Of a stretch of 64,000 nucleotides of DNA, positions 24,845-37,300 are shown in pieces. Location of the stretch: the NCBI RefSeq assembly GCF_964194155.1, contig NC_135887.1:16864001-16928000 (forward strand), written 5' to 3'. The translations under genes were made by a program, and so were the position numbers. This stretch comes from Cetorhinus maximus (Eukaryota). Numbering within the stretch: position 1 is the stretch's first letter; each line of letters begins with the position of its first letter. The notes beneath the pieces were generated by a model that was not told where the DNA came from, searched no databases, and saw only the letters and a list, made by a program, of their open reading frames with translations.

Positions 24845-26145
24845 TGCCATAAATAGATGCACAAAGTATAAAAGCAAGGAAATTATGCTAAATTTTTATA
24901 AATCATTGGTTAAGTCTCAGCTAGCGCATTGTGTCCAATTCTGCGCACAACACCTTTGGAAGGGATATCACAGCCTCAGAGAGGGTGCAGGGACGATTTA
25001 CTAGAATGGTACCAGGGATGAGGGACTTCAGTTATCTCGGAGAGTCTAGAGAATCTGGGATTCTCCTTTGAGCAGAGAAGATTTGCTAGAAGTATTCCAA
25101 TTCATGAACGGTTTTGATAGGGTAAATAATCTGACAGGCGGGTCAGTAACCAGAGGGCACGGGGATGATAGCATAGTGGTAATGTTGCTGGATTAGTAAT
25201 GCAGAAGCCCAGGCTAATTCTGCAGAGACATGAGTTTACATCCCACCATGGTAACTAAGGGAATTTAAATTCAATTAATGAATAAATGACTGGATTGTCC
25301 CATCTGGTTCACTATAGAGAAGGAAATCTGCTGTCCTTACCCGGTCTGGCCTACATGTGACTCCAGAGCCACAACAATGTGACTCTTAACTGCTTTCCCA
25401 GCCAGTGGCCTAACAGGCCGCTCAGTTGTATCGAACCACTGCAGAAATAGTCCAGGACAAAGCAGCCCACTTGATCAGCACCCCAACCACCAACCTAAAC
25501 ATTCACTCCCTCCTCCACTGACGCACAGTGGCAGCAGTGTGTACCATCTACAAGATGCACTGCAGCAACTCACCAAGCCTCCTTCGACAGCAAGTCCCAA
25601 ACCCGTGACCTATACCCCAAAGAAGGACAAGGGCAGCAGACACATGGGAACACCACCGCCTGGAAGTTCCCCTCCAAGTCACTCTCCACCCTAATTGAGA
25701 AATATATCGCAGTTCCTTCACTGTCACTGGGTCAAAATCCGGGAACTCCAGCACTGTGGGTGCACCCGCACCGCATTGACTGCAGCAGTTTAAGGTGGCT
25801 CACCACCGCCTTCTCGAAGGGTAGTTAGGGACGAGCAATAAACGCTGACCTAGCCAGCAACACTCATGAATGAATAATTAAAAACTCACAGAGGGGAGAT
25901 GAGGAGAAAGTTCTTTTAAGCAGTGAGCTATTATGGTCTGAATGTGCTGCCAGAAAGGGTGGTGGAAGCAGATTCAGTGGTAACTTTCAAAAGGGAATCA
26001 GATCTACATATGAAATAGAGAGAAAAAAAATATTGGGGCTATAGGGAAATAGGGGATTGGGATTAATTTGATAACTCTTTACAAGAGCCAGAACTGGTAT
26101 GATGGACCAAGTGACGGCCTCCTGTGCTGAATGATTTTATGATTC
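24845..26145 (+). mobile_element. CR1 fragment interrupted (25160-25880) by a SINE head fused to a LINE-A 3' end
   Basis: CR1 breaks at accagagggcac and resumes at aggggagatgaggagaaa; the insert carries the SINE core, then ccaggacaaagcagcc...cagcaac LINE-A end. Confidence 0.75.
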
Positions 26146-26326
26146 AAGGGCTACAGTATCTATTAAGCTACAGGAAATGTCAGCCTTCCATAAGAACCAT
26201 GGCTCCCCAATGGCCTGCCGTAGGATTAATCTTACCCATGTCAAAAAAACATACAGGTTTTCAGAATTATTTGCAATTTTTTGGTTGACAAATCCTGAAG
26301 TAGAAAGTCCTCAACCTGGGACTATG

Positions 26327-26972
26327 GTGGGGGACTTTCATGGAGGCAACAGGGGTCTTGGCCACCGGCGAGAGACCCGTGTTGCCTCCTTTGGGGAAGG
26401 CCTGCCGAATTCCGAGCCAATCAGACCATTAACAGGCCATTGGCGTGCCTTCCACGGGATCAGGGCCCCAGGGATAGGAAGCCCTGTCTGCCTACAGAGG
26501 CCGGCCAATCAGAGGCCATAGCTTTTAGCTCAACGGCGCCACCTGGGATTTGTGGCTGCTGCGGGAAGTACACCCACTGGTGGACCAGGATCGTGGAACG
26601 ACCCAGGCCAGAGGTAAGTGATGGAGTGGTGGGGGGGAAGGGAGGTCAGCAGCAAAGGCAGGGGGTGGCTCTCAGCGCCCCCATTCCTACCCCTCGATGC
26701 CGAGCCCCTCGAGCAGACACTGTGCCTTTGAACGAGGGATCCCTCTCCCAAGGGGAGCACAAGCAACCCACATCGTGACAGGTCAGCCTGCCTCTGGTTA
26801 ATACCAGCGTAGGCGGGTTGAGGCCCTTAATTGGGCATTAATTTCCCACTTAAGTGCCTCAGTTGGCAGCGATCTGGGAAGGCCATCCATGAGCCTTCCT
26901 TCCACGGACCTAATTGAGGTGGTGGTGGGAAGATGGTGGAGGGGGTGGCGGGGTAGGTATAAAATACCACCC
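26327..26972. mobile_element. Harbinger-like MITE
   Basis: gtgggggacttt / aaaataccaccc ends, flanks atg/ttg; internal ggccaatcagaggcc and cccacttaag motifs resemble 31318-32055. Confidence 0.5.
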
Positions 26973-27679
26973 TTGGCCCTTGATATGCAAATAGCCAGGA
27001 TTTTGCTGTAGGTGAGTGAAGGGTTGCCGTCTTCTCTTCCCCTCTGTAGCTTCCCAAAGAGTTTATTGTGGGTTACGTCTGAATACAATGCATTGGCACT
27101 CGCGGCCAACTCAGAAGTAACCAGGCAATGGCGACGACCCAGGTTGTTAACGCAAGCAGGCGAAGCTTGGTTTTTTTTAAAAGGTTGCTTTCCTTCCCCT
27201 GCTGCCACTCACATCCCCCCCACCTTGGCCCCTGAGCTATGTTTGGAGCTGTTCCTGACAGTCTAATCAAGATTGGCACAGGCCAAACACTGTGCCATGC
27301 CAAAGGATCACCAATTTAATGAGCGAGTACATGGGGACGCAGAACTGCTTGTGAGATTTCCTATTCACCGAGTTCCCTATCTTGCCCAGGCTGCCGGTGA
27401 GGGGGGTTTTGAGCAGAGGTCAGGGAGCGGAAATGGAAAGCTCGTTGTAGAATTTTGCATCCACGTTATGATAGCAAGCTTGGACACTGGGGGTGTCAAG
27501 GGGGATGGGGAGATCGCCGGGGTGCGGCGTTGGGATAGAGGATCAGCCATGAATAGTATTGAATGGCGGAGCAGGCTCGAGGGGCTGAATGACCTTCTCC
27601 TGCTCCTATTTTCTATGTAACACCTATTCCACACCAATTAAGGCTTTTTATGAATACGAATTCTGTCAAAGTTACTGTA

Positions 27680-28735
27680 TAATAATACAATATAAGCTTC
27701 TATAAAGCACCAGTTTCAGCTGCAGCTGGATTCTGTGCTCAATTCTGGGTGCCACACTTCAGGAAGGTTGTTGAAGGATTTGGGGCTGGCTGAGAGGAGT
27801 TTTACTGGAATGGTACCCAGGGCAAGGGATTATAGTTAAAATAAAAATAAAATACTGCAGATCCTGGAGATCTGAAATTAAAACAGAAAATGCTGGAAAA
27901 ACTCAGCAGGTCTGGCAGCGCCTGTGGTGAGAGAAACAGAGTTAACGTTTCGAGTCCGTATGACTCTTCTTCACTAGCAGCATTCCAAGTGTAGACAGGT
28001 TCCACATTGGACTTGAAAATTGGTGGGGTGGTTGTTAAATCCCACCTCTTTGACCAAGTTTTTGATCACCTGTCCTTAAATTTCCTTATGTGTCTTAGTG
28101 TCAAAATTCACCTGATAATGCTCCTGCGAAGCACCTTGGGATGTTACGGGCGCTATATAAATGACAAGTTGTTGTGGCGAGGTGCTAACCATTGACCCTA
28201 ATAAAAACAAATCTCGGAAGATTATGGCACTGTTAATATCCAGCCGCCGTTGTTATTTTTTTTACTTCAGGGACCATTAAAAATAAGAATTTTTCCAGCA
28301 TTTTCTGTTTTTATATGAGGGATTACGGTTACTTGGATCGCCTGGAGAAGGTGAGATCGTTCTCTTTAGAGCAGACAGGGCCTGGCGAAAGTTTATCTAG
28401 AATAAATAAAGATTAGCTGTTTCCAATGACAGAAGAATCAATAGTCAGAGGGGCATAGATTTAAGGTGATGGGCAAATTAACCCAAGGCAACCTGAGGAG
28501 ATACTTTTTTTTAACGCAACAAGTGGTTAGGATTTGGGATTATCTGCCTGACGGTGGGGTGGGGGCAGGGTAGATACAGATTCAATAGTGGCCCTTCAAA
28601 AGGGAATTGGGTAAAAACTTGAAGGAGAAAAAAATATGGGGATAGAGTGGGAAGTGTGAACTAACTGGATGGCTGTTTTATACGGCCAGCATAGACTTGC
28701 TGGGCCGAGTGGCTTACTTTTGTGCTGTGCTCTTC
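27680..28735 (+). mobile_element. CR1 fragment interrupted by a PLE-ended composite insert (27838-28315)
   Basis: CR1 text stops at gggattatagtta and restarts at gggattacggtta. Confidence 0.7.
27938..27973 (-). ncRNA. Truncated minimal type I hammerhead ribozyme (Penelope-type)
   Basis: Reverse complement tgaaga-a-gagtc-atacg-gactc-gaaa-cgtt-aactct: (C)UGAAGA core, 5-bp stem II, GAAA, palindromic AACGTT stem III; C3 and the 5' strand of stem I are lost. Confidence 0.6.
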
Positions 28736-29600
28736 TAGGAAGAGGCTGCACTATTTGCACAGGCCAGCCACAGTGTGAAAATCCTTTGCTTTTGTACCCA
28801 TAAACTGGAATGCTTGATAAAGTCAGGAATCGTTTCTACCCTGGGCTGCCCATGTAGGTCCTAGCAACAGGCTCAGGAATGCAGGGCCCAGGAGGTTGGG
28901 GTGGGGGGGGTGGGGTTGTGGTCTGCTTCTCATCTATTTGTCCTGCCAATTAATGGGGAAACCAAGGAGGGGGATGTTAAGAAATTTGGCAGGGTACACA
29001 AAAGCTCACCGAGGGCTGAGTAATCATTAATTGTGTTGTGCTGTAAGCCGAAACGAGAACACTGAGGCTGTGTGACAAATATGTTACTCAGATGTCATAG
29101 ATATTTGAAATATCACCTTGGCATTTTTAAAACCTCTCCCAAGTTTGCATCAATATGTTCCTCTGCAGTTAGTTCCGTAAAATGCGTCAAGTGCGGTTGA
29201 TAGCACGGCATTAAAGGGCGGGAGAGGGGAGGGCAACATCACTTCTGACTCTCCAGCACTGTCTCTTCTGGGTGTCGTGACCTATTTTATTTTAGCCGCT
29301 GCTTCTCCTCAGATACCTTGTGGTGGGTTTTCCACAAATTAATGTAGCGGAAAAGCCCTCAACTTATCTGTGAAAGGGACAACTGAATTTGAAAAAAAGG
29401 AAGTCTTATTTACAGAGCGCTTTTCATTACCGCCGGACCCTCTCAATTGCTTTACAGCCAAAGGAGTATTTTTTTTGAAGAATAGCCATTGTTGTAATGT
29501 AGGAAACGTGGCAGCCAATTTGCACACAGCAAGCTCCCAGAAACAGCAATGTGATAGTGGCCAGATATCCAGTGTTTTTGTGATGGCAATCGAGGGATAA

Positions 29601-30222
29601 ATCTTCTTCTCAGGCAGTCCCCTGGGATTGAGGGTCACTCCGGTTCGAAGGGTCCTGAGTTGGCTGGTCAGTCCGATACACGACCTGCAGCCCCTGCCAC
29701 ATGTGGGGCACTTGGTGCTTGGGAGGTTGGGTAGGTGGGTTGTTTGGAGGCTTGTGTGCAACTCCTCGGGTGGAATTTTACGCAGGCCGGCGGGATTTCC
29801 CGGTCCTGCCGAAGTCGACGGGCGTTTGACTCGCCGCATTTTGCAGCCCCGGCCCCACCCCCCACCGTGACGGGGCCGTAAAATTCCACCCCTCGACTTC
29901 ATCCCTGCGCGTTCCCGATGAAGCCTCTCGATGTGCTCGGTGCCTTCCCGAATGAACCTCCTCCATTTTGTTCGGCCTGCCATGAGTGACAGGCCTGTTT
30001 GACCCCTCCAGGGCTGCTTTGAGGACATCCCCAAAGCGTTTCCGCTGTCCTCCTGGTAGTCACCTGCCTCAAGAGCAGTTGCTTCAGGAGTCTGGTGCCA
30101 GGCGCACAAGTCAACGTGTGCTGTCCAGCAGAGCTGGTTTTAAGCGACCAGCGCTTCGATGCTGGGCATGTTGGCTTGGGAGAGGAAGCTGCCATTGGAC
30201 TGCTGCCAGATTTGGAGGATCT
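29601..30222 (-). mobile_element. RTE-clade LINE 3' fragment
   Basis: Frameshifted LSQANMPSIEAL, RLLKQLL, WRRFIREG and CPTCGRGCRSCIGLTSQLRT (Zn-finger-like) motifs; gactgcctgagaagaag tail. Confidence 0.85.
29768..29891. mobile_element. 124-bp MITE with perfect 15-bp TIR and 3-bp TSD (ctc)
   Basis: ctc|gggtggaattttacg ... cgtaaaattccaccc|ctc. Confidence 0.9.
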
Positions 30223-30479
30223 TGGCCAGGCCACCAGGGATAAGTCGCCTGCTCCTCTTTGAAACAGCACCGTGGGATCTTTTGCAAGCAAGCAGGCATG
30301 CCCTCGGTTTGAACGCCTCGTCCAAATGGCGGCACTTCGGACAATGCAGCTCCTCGGTGTGGGAGTGTCACTCGATTTTGCGCTCAAACCCCGGGGTGGA
30401 ACTTGAACCTGGAACCTTGCAACTCGGAGGCGAGAGGTTCGACCAACTGGGCCACGGTTGATTGAAGAAACAAGACAAA

Positions 30480-30690
30480 GCAAACGGCAGGCGGTTAGGG
30501 TTTGGAACGCACTGCCTGGGAGTGTGGTGGAGGCAGATTCCATTGAAACACCCAGAGGCGGTTATGTGAAAAGGAAGAACGTGCAGGGTTACGGGGAAAA
30601 GCGGGTGGGAATGGCACTCAGTGAATTGCTCATTTGGAGAGCCAGTGCAGATATGATGGGCCAAATGGCCTCATTCTGCGCCGTAACGAT
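30480..30690 (+). mobile_element. CR1 LINE 3' tail
   Basis: VRVWNALPGSVVEADSI plus gggccaaatggcctc; near-identical family copy at 33460-33680. Confidence 0.8.
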
Positions 30691-31242
30691 CCTGAGAGTC
30701 AGATCAGTCGTTATTCGAGAGAAAAATACACTTCGTTGGTCAGCTGGCAGAACTTTGCATCTGAACTGACCAGAATCTGTAAGGCATGAGGGGTAAAAAA
30801 AAGAAAATGCAGCCCTTTCTGATGGACACTAATCAAGCAAGTTAAATCTCACCCCCCACTCCTCCACCGTCCCCCAGAAAAACAAGTAGTCACGACCCAG
30901 TGGAAGAGTATTTTGTTCATGAATAAATGATTTCAGTTTTAAGTAAGATAGTGCCAGTTTTGTAAGAGGAACATTGCGCTGTATAACCCATAGTGTATTA
31001 TTCTGCCGCTGGGGTCAGCTGCAGACACATTGCTTTCAGTTGTATCTTGTGTTTGCACGGAATGTTTAGAATTGTCATTTTTTGTTTGGACATTTTTGTA
31101 AAGTGTGGCCCAGTAATTTTTGTGTGTAACACAGGAAGTGTGATAAATGTGTCTCTCGACCTTTTTTGCAGGTTGTTGTACTTCTACGCCAGTTAAGTCA
31201 GAGTTTTTTGGTCAGGACGGGATTATTATACGGTGTAAAGTA

Positions 31243-32410
31243 GGGAGTACAGTAGCTTTAGTGCTCATGTTACTGGATGAGTAATCCAGAGGCCTGGACT
31301 AATGATCTGGAGACATAGGGCTGCATTTTCCATTTGGGTTCAAGACCCCCACATCAGAATCCATTCTGGGTCCCGAATCCGAATGGTGTGATTCAGCTAT
31401 GCCTTCCCTGATTTTTGGGGAGCTGGCCAATTATGGACCAGGGAGCTTGCTCGCCATCCAATGAAGGAGGGCAGGTGGGCTCCAGAGGCTGAAGGGCCAA
31501 TGGGAAGGCCCTCCAGTGATGACACGTCAATACCCACTCCATCTTAGGCGGGAGCTGCCGATGCCTGCAGAAATACGTTGCAATGGAGGTGTCCTCTGAA
31601 GTCAGATCAAAGAATTTGATTTAAAAAAAAGGGCATAGCTGCCCGGCTGTGATTGTGCAGGTGCTGGGTGCAATCTGGGTGGGCTATAGCCCATGGCACG
31701 GTGCCCACGCCAGGAGGTCTCTGGTGGATGAAGTGTACTTCCACACTTGTCTTCCACCTGGAGGCTGCCTCCTCTCATTGGCCATGTTTCGACCACTTGT
31801 GTGGGGCCCACCTAGGCTTGGGAGAGGGGTCTTGATGGGCCCCCTCAATTAGCCGCCTGCCACTTGCATGTGGTTAATCTTTCTGCCCCGACCCACTCCT
31901 CCCAACGATGGCTTTGTTGATGGAGTGAGTGGGTGGGGGTGTGGGGGGGTGAATGAATGGTGCCGACAAACCTGAATGCCAGCCAGTGGTGCGAAATCCC
32001 GGGCGTGTGCCCACATCTGCTCCCGGCCCCTTCGGCCTTTTGGAAACTCTTGCCCATTAACTTGAATCCCTCTGTGGCAACTTGGGTATTTACATTCAAT
32101 TAATTCGTAAATCTGGAATAAAGAAACTCTTACAAATAGTGCTGACTGTGAAACTACTCGATTGTTGTAAAAACCCCCATCTGGTTCACTAATGCCCTTC
32201 AGGAAAGGAAATCTGCCCTCCTTACCCGGTCTGGCCTACGTGTGACTCCAGACCCACAGTGATGTGGTTGACTCTTAACTGTCCTCTGAAATGGCCAAGC
32301 AAGGCACTCAATTGTGTTCAAGAGAGCAGCTCACCGCCACCATCTCAAGGGCAATTAGGGTAGGGCAAAAATGTTGGCCTTTCTAGCAACACCCATACCC
32401 TGTGAATTAT
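31243..32410 (+). mobile_element. tRNA-SINE interrupted by a Harbinger-like MITE (31318-32055)
   Basis: SINE head ends gagacat and resumes aacttgaatccc; insert ends gggctgcattttcc / ggaaactcttgccc, flanks ata/att. Confidence 0.75.
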
Positions 32411-32702
32411 TACAAAGAATCCTGGAAAGTTGAATGCGGTCCCGCTAAGACCAGGAGGCGCACTTTCAAAATAAATTGAGAGTCCCATTGGAGGCCAGCT
32501 GGCAGAGGGGAAACCCTGAATTTGACTGACTGACAGGGAAGGCGTAGATATTGTGGTACAGGCATATTCTCGGAGGGAGAGGGCTGTAACACACGGCGTT
32601 TTATGGGTTGCCCTGCACAGGTGAGAAAGGGCAGAGCGTTGGAGGCAGAAGCTGCGAAGAGTAAATGTTGCAGGAAATAATTGTGATCTGGAAAATGCGT
32701 GC

Positions 32703-33009
32703 AGCGACCTTGTGGTGCAGTGGGTAGCATCCCTACCTCTGTGCCAGAAGCTCCGGGTTCAAGTCTCACTTCAAGTGAGCCATGGAAGGTGTGTTCATAA
32801 CGTGGCCAGACAGGTTGATAATCAGCCTGTGAATCCTCCCAGTATGCCTGGTGGCAGGCGGTAAGAGCGGGAGGGCTTCCTGGTCAGCCACACCGCAGAA
32901 GGCAACGGCAAATTGCTGCCGTACTTTGCCAAGCTCAATCATGGACCAATTCAATGAAAGTCCATGGTTGCCAATACCCTCTTAGGGCCTGGTACCTGAA
33001 GGAGGAGGA
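32703..33009 (+). mobile_element. tRNA-headed SINE with RTE/Bov-A/Sauria-like tail
   Basis: gtggtgcagtgggtagc A-box, gggttcaagtc B-box, gaaggcaacggcaaa..catggac..gtccatggttgcc tail. Confidence 0.65.
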
Positions 33010-33227
33010 ATGGAAATGCACACTATGTGCAAGATGCAGTATAATATGCACTGCTGTGTATATGGGACTGGTCTGGTAAGTCAGATGATGTGTAGTTTTA
33101 AAAGCTGGTGGTGGGTTACTCGTCACTCAGGGAGTCCGAGTTGCTGTGGCAACATGCATTTTTACAGGCATGTTGTAGTCCGGAGCTATGGGAAGTGATG
33201 GTAGAGGCTCCAATGTTCTTTCCATCA

Positions 33228-33424
33228 CATAGCTGACCAGGAACCTCTCCTACTTTTCTGCCTGCTGTTGCCGTGTGTTGGGAGGATTTGCAGATTGATG
33301 CTCAAACCTTTTTTGGCTATGTTATGAACACATCTGTCTTGGTCATCAAGTGTCAGAGTGGGACTCGAACCCAGAGCTTCTGGCTTAGAGGGCAGGGATG
33401 CTCCCCAATGTGCCACGAGAGCTC
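33228..33424 (-). mobile_element. Second, inverted, 3'-truncated copy of the same SINE
   Basis: gctgaccagga..ttatgaacac..gggactcgaacccagagcttctggc is the reverse complement of 32703-32890. Confidence 0.65.
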
Positions 33425-34491
33425 TTTGCATTTTCAAAAGGACAGTAGCATTATAAAAACTCTTTCACACAGCAAGTAGTTAGGGTTTGGAATGCACTGC
33501 CTGGAAGTGTGGTGGAGGCAGGTTCGATTGAGGCATTCAATGGATGGTTATTTAAACAGAAACAATGTGCAGGGTTACAGGGAAAAGGCAGGAGACTGAC
33601 ACTAAGTTAAAATGCTCAGAGAGCCGGTGCAGACACAATGGGCCGAATGGCCTCCTTCTACATCGTAACAATTCTGTGATATCGGTATCGCACAATGTGT
33701 TATTCTGCTATTACCTTGTGGCTGTTTCCCTCTTAAGGCCATAATACCTAATAGCTGTTAAGTAAGCACTAGGTTGTGGATAATAAGAGTTTAATTGTTC
33801 TTCCCAGAATCCCTGATGAAAGTCACAAAGCGTGACAGCCAAAGTGACCCAGGAGATTGTAAATATTCTAACTCTCATGTCAGTGAGGATTCTAGTCTAA
33901 ATGTGCATTCTAAATGGATGGCTTTCTTCATACTTATTTTGTAAAGATGTGATGGGGAAATGTGGAGTGTAATATGTGAAAGGGGCCTGACACGGACATT
34001 GTCCAGAAAAGTACCATTTTTACTATATTACTAGAGCATTTCTTGTTCCTGTAAGTCAGAGGATCGGCTGCTGTTATAGGCAGGAATGTTATATTATGTC
34101 ATGGATTATTTTGCCATGGCAGAACGGTGCCTCTTTAAGCCCACAACGTCCAAATTGTCAAATAAAATAGATGCTTGGGTCAGCCAGAGTTCAATTGTTG
34201 CTTGGTCCAGGGAGCTTTGCTGATTGAAACCTGTTTGTCAGCTCTAGACTGCAGGTCAAAGACTCCTATCATTTGAAAGTTGTTTTATGTCTTAAAGTGC
34301 GACGTCAGCTTGCTCTACGTACTGTTTATTTCATTCTGTCATGGGGGTGTGGGCGTCGCTGGCTATAGCCAGCATTTGTTGTGCACCCCTAATTGCCCTT
34401 GAGAAGGTGGTGGTCCACTGCAGTCCATCTGGTGTAGGTACACCCACAGTGCATTCTATGTTCATACTACATGCTACATCTGTGTGCATGC

Positions 34492-34524
<33 letters not shown>

Positions 34525-35254
34525 TATATTTGTGTACAGAAAGATAGATACGTATACGTTTAAGTTACAAAAAGTTTCAAACTTTCGAATGTATTTTTTA
34601 AATTAAAATGTGCTAAAATTCCAGTCAGCTGACCTGTCTGTGGCCTGGCTCGCTGCCAAGCTGACCAACAGGGGCGAGCGTTAGATGTGGCTCCGGCCTG
34701 TTGACGTGCACTGAACTATTCGATGCCAGATCATGAGGGGGTTAGGGAAGCGTGGTTGGGGGAGGGGGGGGTGGGGGGGGGGAAGGTTCAGCTTCACCGA
34801 GTGTGACTGACTGCGCAAACAGTGACCATCGAAGCGCGAGCCTTTTTTTGCTGTTTAACCTGCTTCGCTTTCCAGTGTTGACCTTCAAGCTGGAAGGTTC
34901 TTCAAGGCTGTTGTGTTTTGTTGCCGGGGCAACGGCAGCAACACCGCTGTCTGGGCAGAGCGGATGAATCCAGATTAACAGGAGTTTGCCCAGTGATGTC
35001 CTGCCAGATAAGGATCTCTTATAGATTGGATAGTGAGGCACAGCTAAATGAGTAATGATTGGTTTCCAGCCACATCAGTCTCGGTGTGTCTGCAAGATTG
35101 TGGCGTGTAATCAGCGAGGCTTTTTTTTTCTCTCTTTCAAATGATATCACTCTCATTTTGAAATAATCTCTAGAAGCTTATGTGTCTGGGGTGGGGGGGG
35201 TGGAGGTTTCATTAACTTTTTAATACCTAGTTGTGATTATAAAAATAGCTGGAC

Positions 35255-35590
35255 AAATAGCTGATCTCCGTGAGGTATAGCGGCCAGTGGACTCGGTACC
35301 TCCGAGCTGAGGAAGGGGTGGGTCATTCGACGCGCTCCCTCAGTCATGCGTTCTTGACCACTCTCCAGCGCCTGCTGCTGGAATCTTGCTGTATCCGTGA
35401 GGTGAAGCCGAGTTCAGCAGCGATGCCCCACTCGGTCAAATAGCTGTTGTCGCTTACTGTTTCGGCTCCCGGTGATTCCAGTGGCAGAAGGATGGGCCAC
35501 CCGACCTATTTCTGGAAAGCAATTGGCACCCGTGAACCTACAATCCAGAGCAAGACAGCTCCTCGGGGTTGGAGGGGAGGCACAGGGAAG
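35255..35590 (+). mobile_element. Old interspersed SINE-like repeat (family B)
   Basis: tagctgatctc..gtcaaatagc..ggccac..gtgaac motifs recur at ~9165-9400, 18430-18760, 38600-38720 and 51490-51800. Confidence 0.5.
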
Positions 35591-36644
35591 TCAACAGGAA
35601 AAGGCATTGGTTTAAGAGACCCCGTTTGGGGTTTGGTCGAGGGTGGGGGGGTCAGTGAACTCAGTCGGCTCGATGGCTAGACTGTGATGCAGAATAATGC
35701 CAATGTGTGAGCTCAATCGCTGTATCGTCTGTGGTCATTCATGAAGTCCTTCCTCCTCACCTTGCCCCACACTAGCGGAGCGATGTCCCTCAAGCTATAT
35801 ATAACCAATGGTCGTCTCTCTAATGAAGAGGGATGTCTATGATCCTCTGGGGACTGTGGCTATTTACCAAAATTCCCAAGTTCAGAGCCCTACTCCATGT
35901 GCATAGGGTGTGGGGAAGGAGGTAGGCGGGTGTAGCGTCATATTTCCACACTCCCAAATAACCGAGCTAGGCTTTGTGAAGGGACGGGATGCATACAGGG
36001 TGTTCGAGGCCACAGATGGTGATGGGAAGGTAGTTAGTAAAACTTGAAGTTATATAACCTGACAGGACTTGTCCAGGTGTGTAGGCCCTGGTCCTTGCCT
36101 GAGCAATTAGTAACGGAGCTGAATCCCCTGGGTTCAATGGCCGACTCTTGGTCCCTATCTTCCTGCCTGTGTTGTGTATCACCCATTCCCATGTGCAGAG
36201 TTCCTGATCCAAGTGCAAACCACTTCCAGTCACTGGGGCAATTCCCACAATTCCCTTGGAGAACAGTCTGCTTTGCTCCATTGTATTGGTATCTGCTGTG
36301 ACCAGCCCATTAAAAGATTGTGTGGGATCTGTTCTCTTTCTCCACCACCACCACCATCCCCACCCTCCCCCTGCCCCATCTCCAATGTTTTGGGAAGTGA
36401 GGTGGTTTTACCAGGGATTTCTCTGGAACTGAGACAAATGGTCCCTCAAAAGCTGTAATCCTGTCCATTGGTCCAGATTACCAATACTTAGGGTGGACCA
36501 GCTTAGACTCTTTATTACCTGATTGGTTGATGCTTAAATAGCCTTTTTCTTCCACATTTTTATAACCAATAAACAAAAACATTCCAATAAATGTTTTTGA
36601 AAATACAGTTTTTTAAAGCTATGATTTCTCCTTTGGGTTTTTTT

Positions 36645-37300
36645 AATTATTCGTTCATGGGGTGCAGGCGTCACTGGCCATGGGCATTTATTGCCCCATC
36701 CCTAATTGCCCTTGAGAAGGTGGTGGTGAGCTGCCTTCTTGAACCGCTGCAGTCCATGTGGTGTAGGTACACCCACCCACAGTGCTGTTGGGGAGTGAGT
36801 GAGAAAGTGGAGTTGAACCCAAGATCAGCCATGATCGCGTTGACTGGTGGAGCAGGCTTGACAGGCGGTGTGGCCTACTCCTGCTCCTGTTTCTTGTGTT
36901 CTTGTGTTTTTGACCCAGTGACAGTGAAGGAACAGCGATATTGCTCCAGGTCAGGATGGTGTTTGACTTGGAGGGGAAATTACCGGCGGTGGTGTTCCCA
37001 TGCATTTGCAGCTCTTGTCCTTCTAGGTGGTAGAGGTGGTGGGTTTGGAAGGTGCTGTCTGAGGACCCTTGGTGATTTGCTGCAGTGCATCTTGTAGGCG
37101 GTACACACTGCTGCTACTGGTGGTGGACGGAGTGAATGTTTAAGGTGGTGGGTGGGGTGCTGATCAAGCGGGCTGCTTTGTCCTGGATGGTGTCGAGCTT
37201 CTTGAGTGTTGTGGGAGTTGCACTCACCCAGGCAAGTGGGGAGCATTCCGTCACACTCCTGACTTGTGCCTTGTAGATGGTGGACAAGCTTTGGGGAGTC
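36645..37300 (-). mobile_element. LINE-A 3' end carrying an internal CR1 tail (36800-36908)
   Basis: Reverse of 59850-60497; CR1 tail aagatcagccatgatc..ttcttgtgttcttgtg is inserted in the opposite orientation. Confidence 0.85.

Larger units (their letters stand above)
29395..30458 (-). mobile_element. DeuSINE (SacSINE1-like) split by an RTE insertion
   Basis: gcagccaatttgcacacagcaagctccca...gagggataaatctt | atcttggccagg...ggaacttgaacc tRNA head. Confidence 0.8.

Noticed and set aside
31171-31285. Acceptor ttttgcag with an open phase-1 frame (GCCTSTPVK...)
   Set aside because: Runs into a SINE head; no recognised MSI2 isoform match
33811-33840. CTGATGA plus gtcac/gtgac hairpin as a hammerhead
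   Set aside because: No GAAA, stem III or stem I
34736-34760. ggggttaggg as telomeric repeat or telomerase RNA template
   Set aside because: Single hexamer with no pseudoknot or H/ACA context
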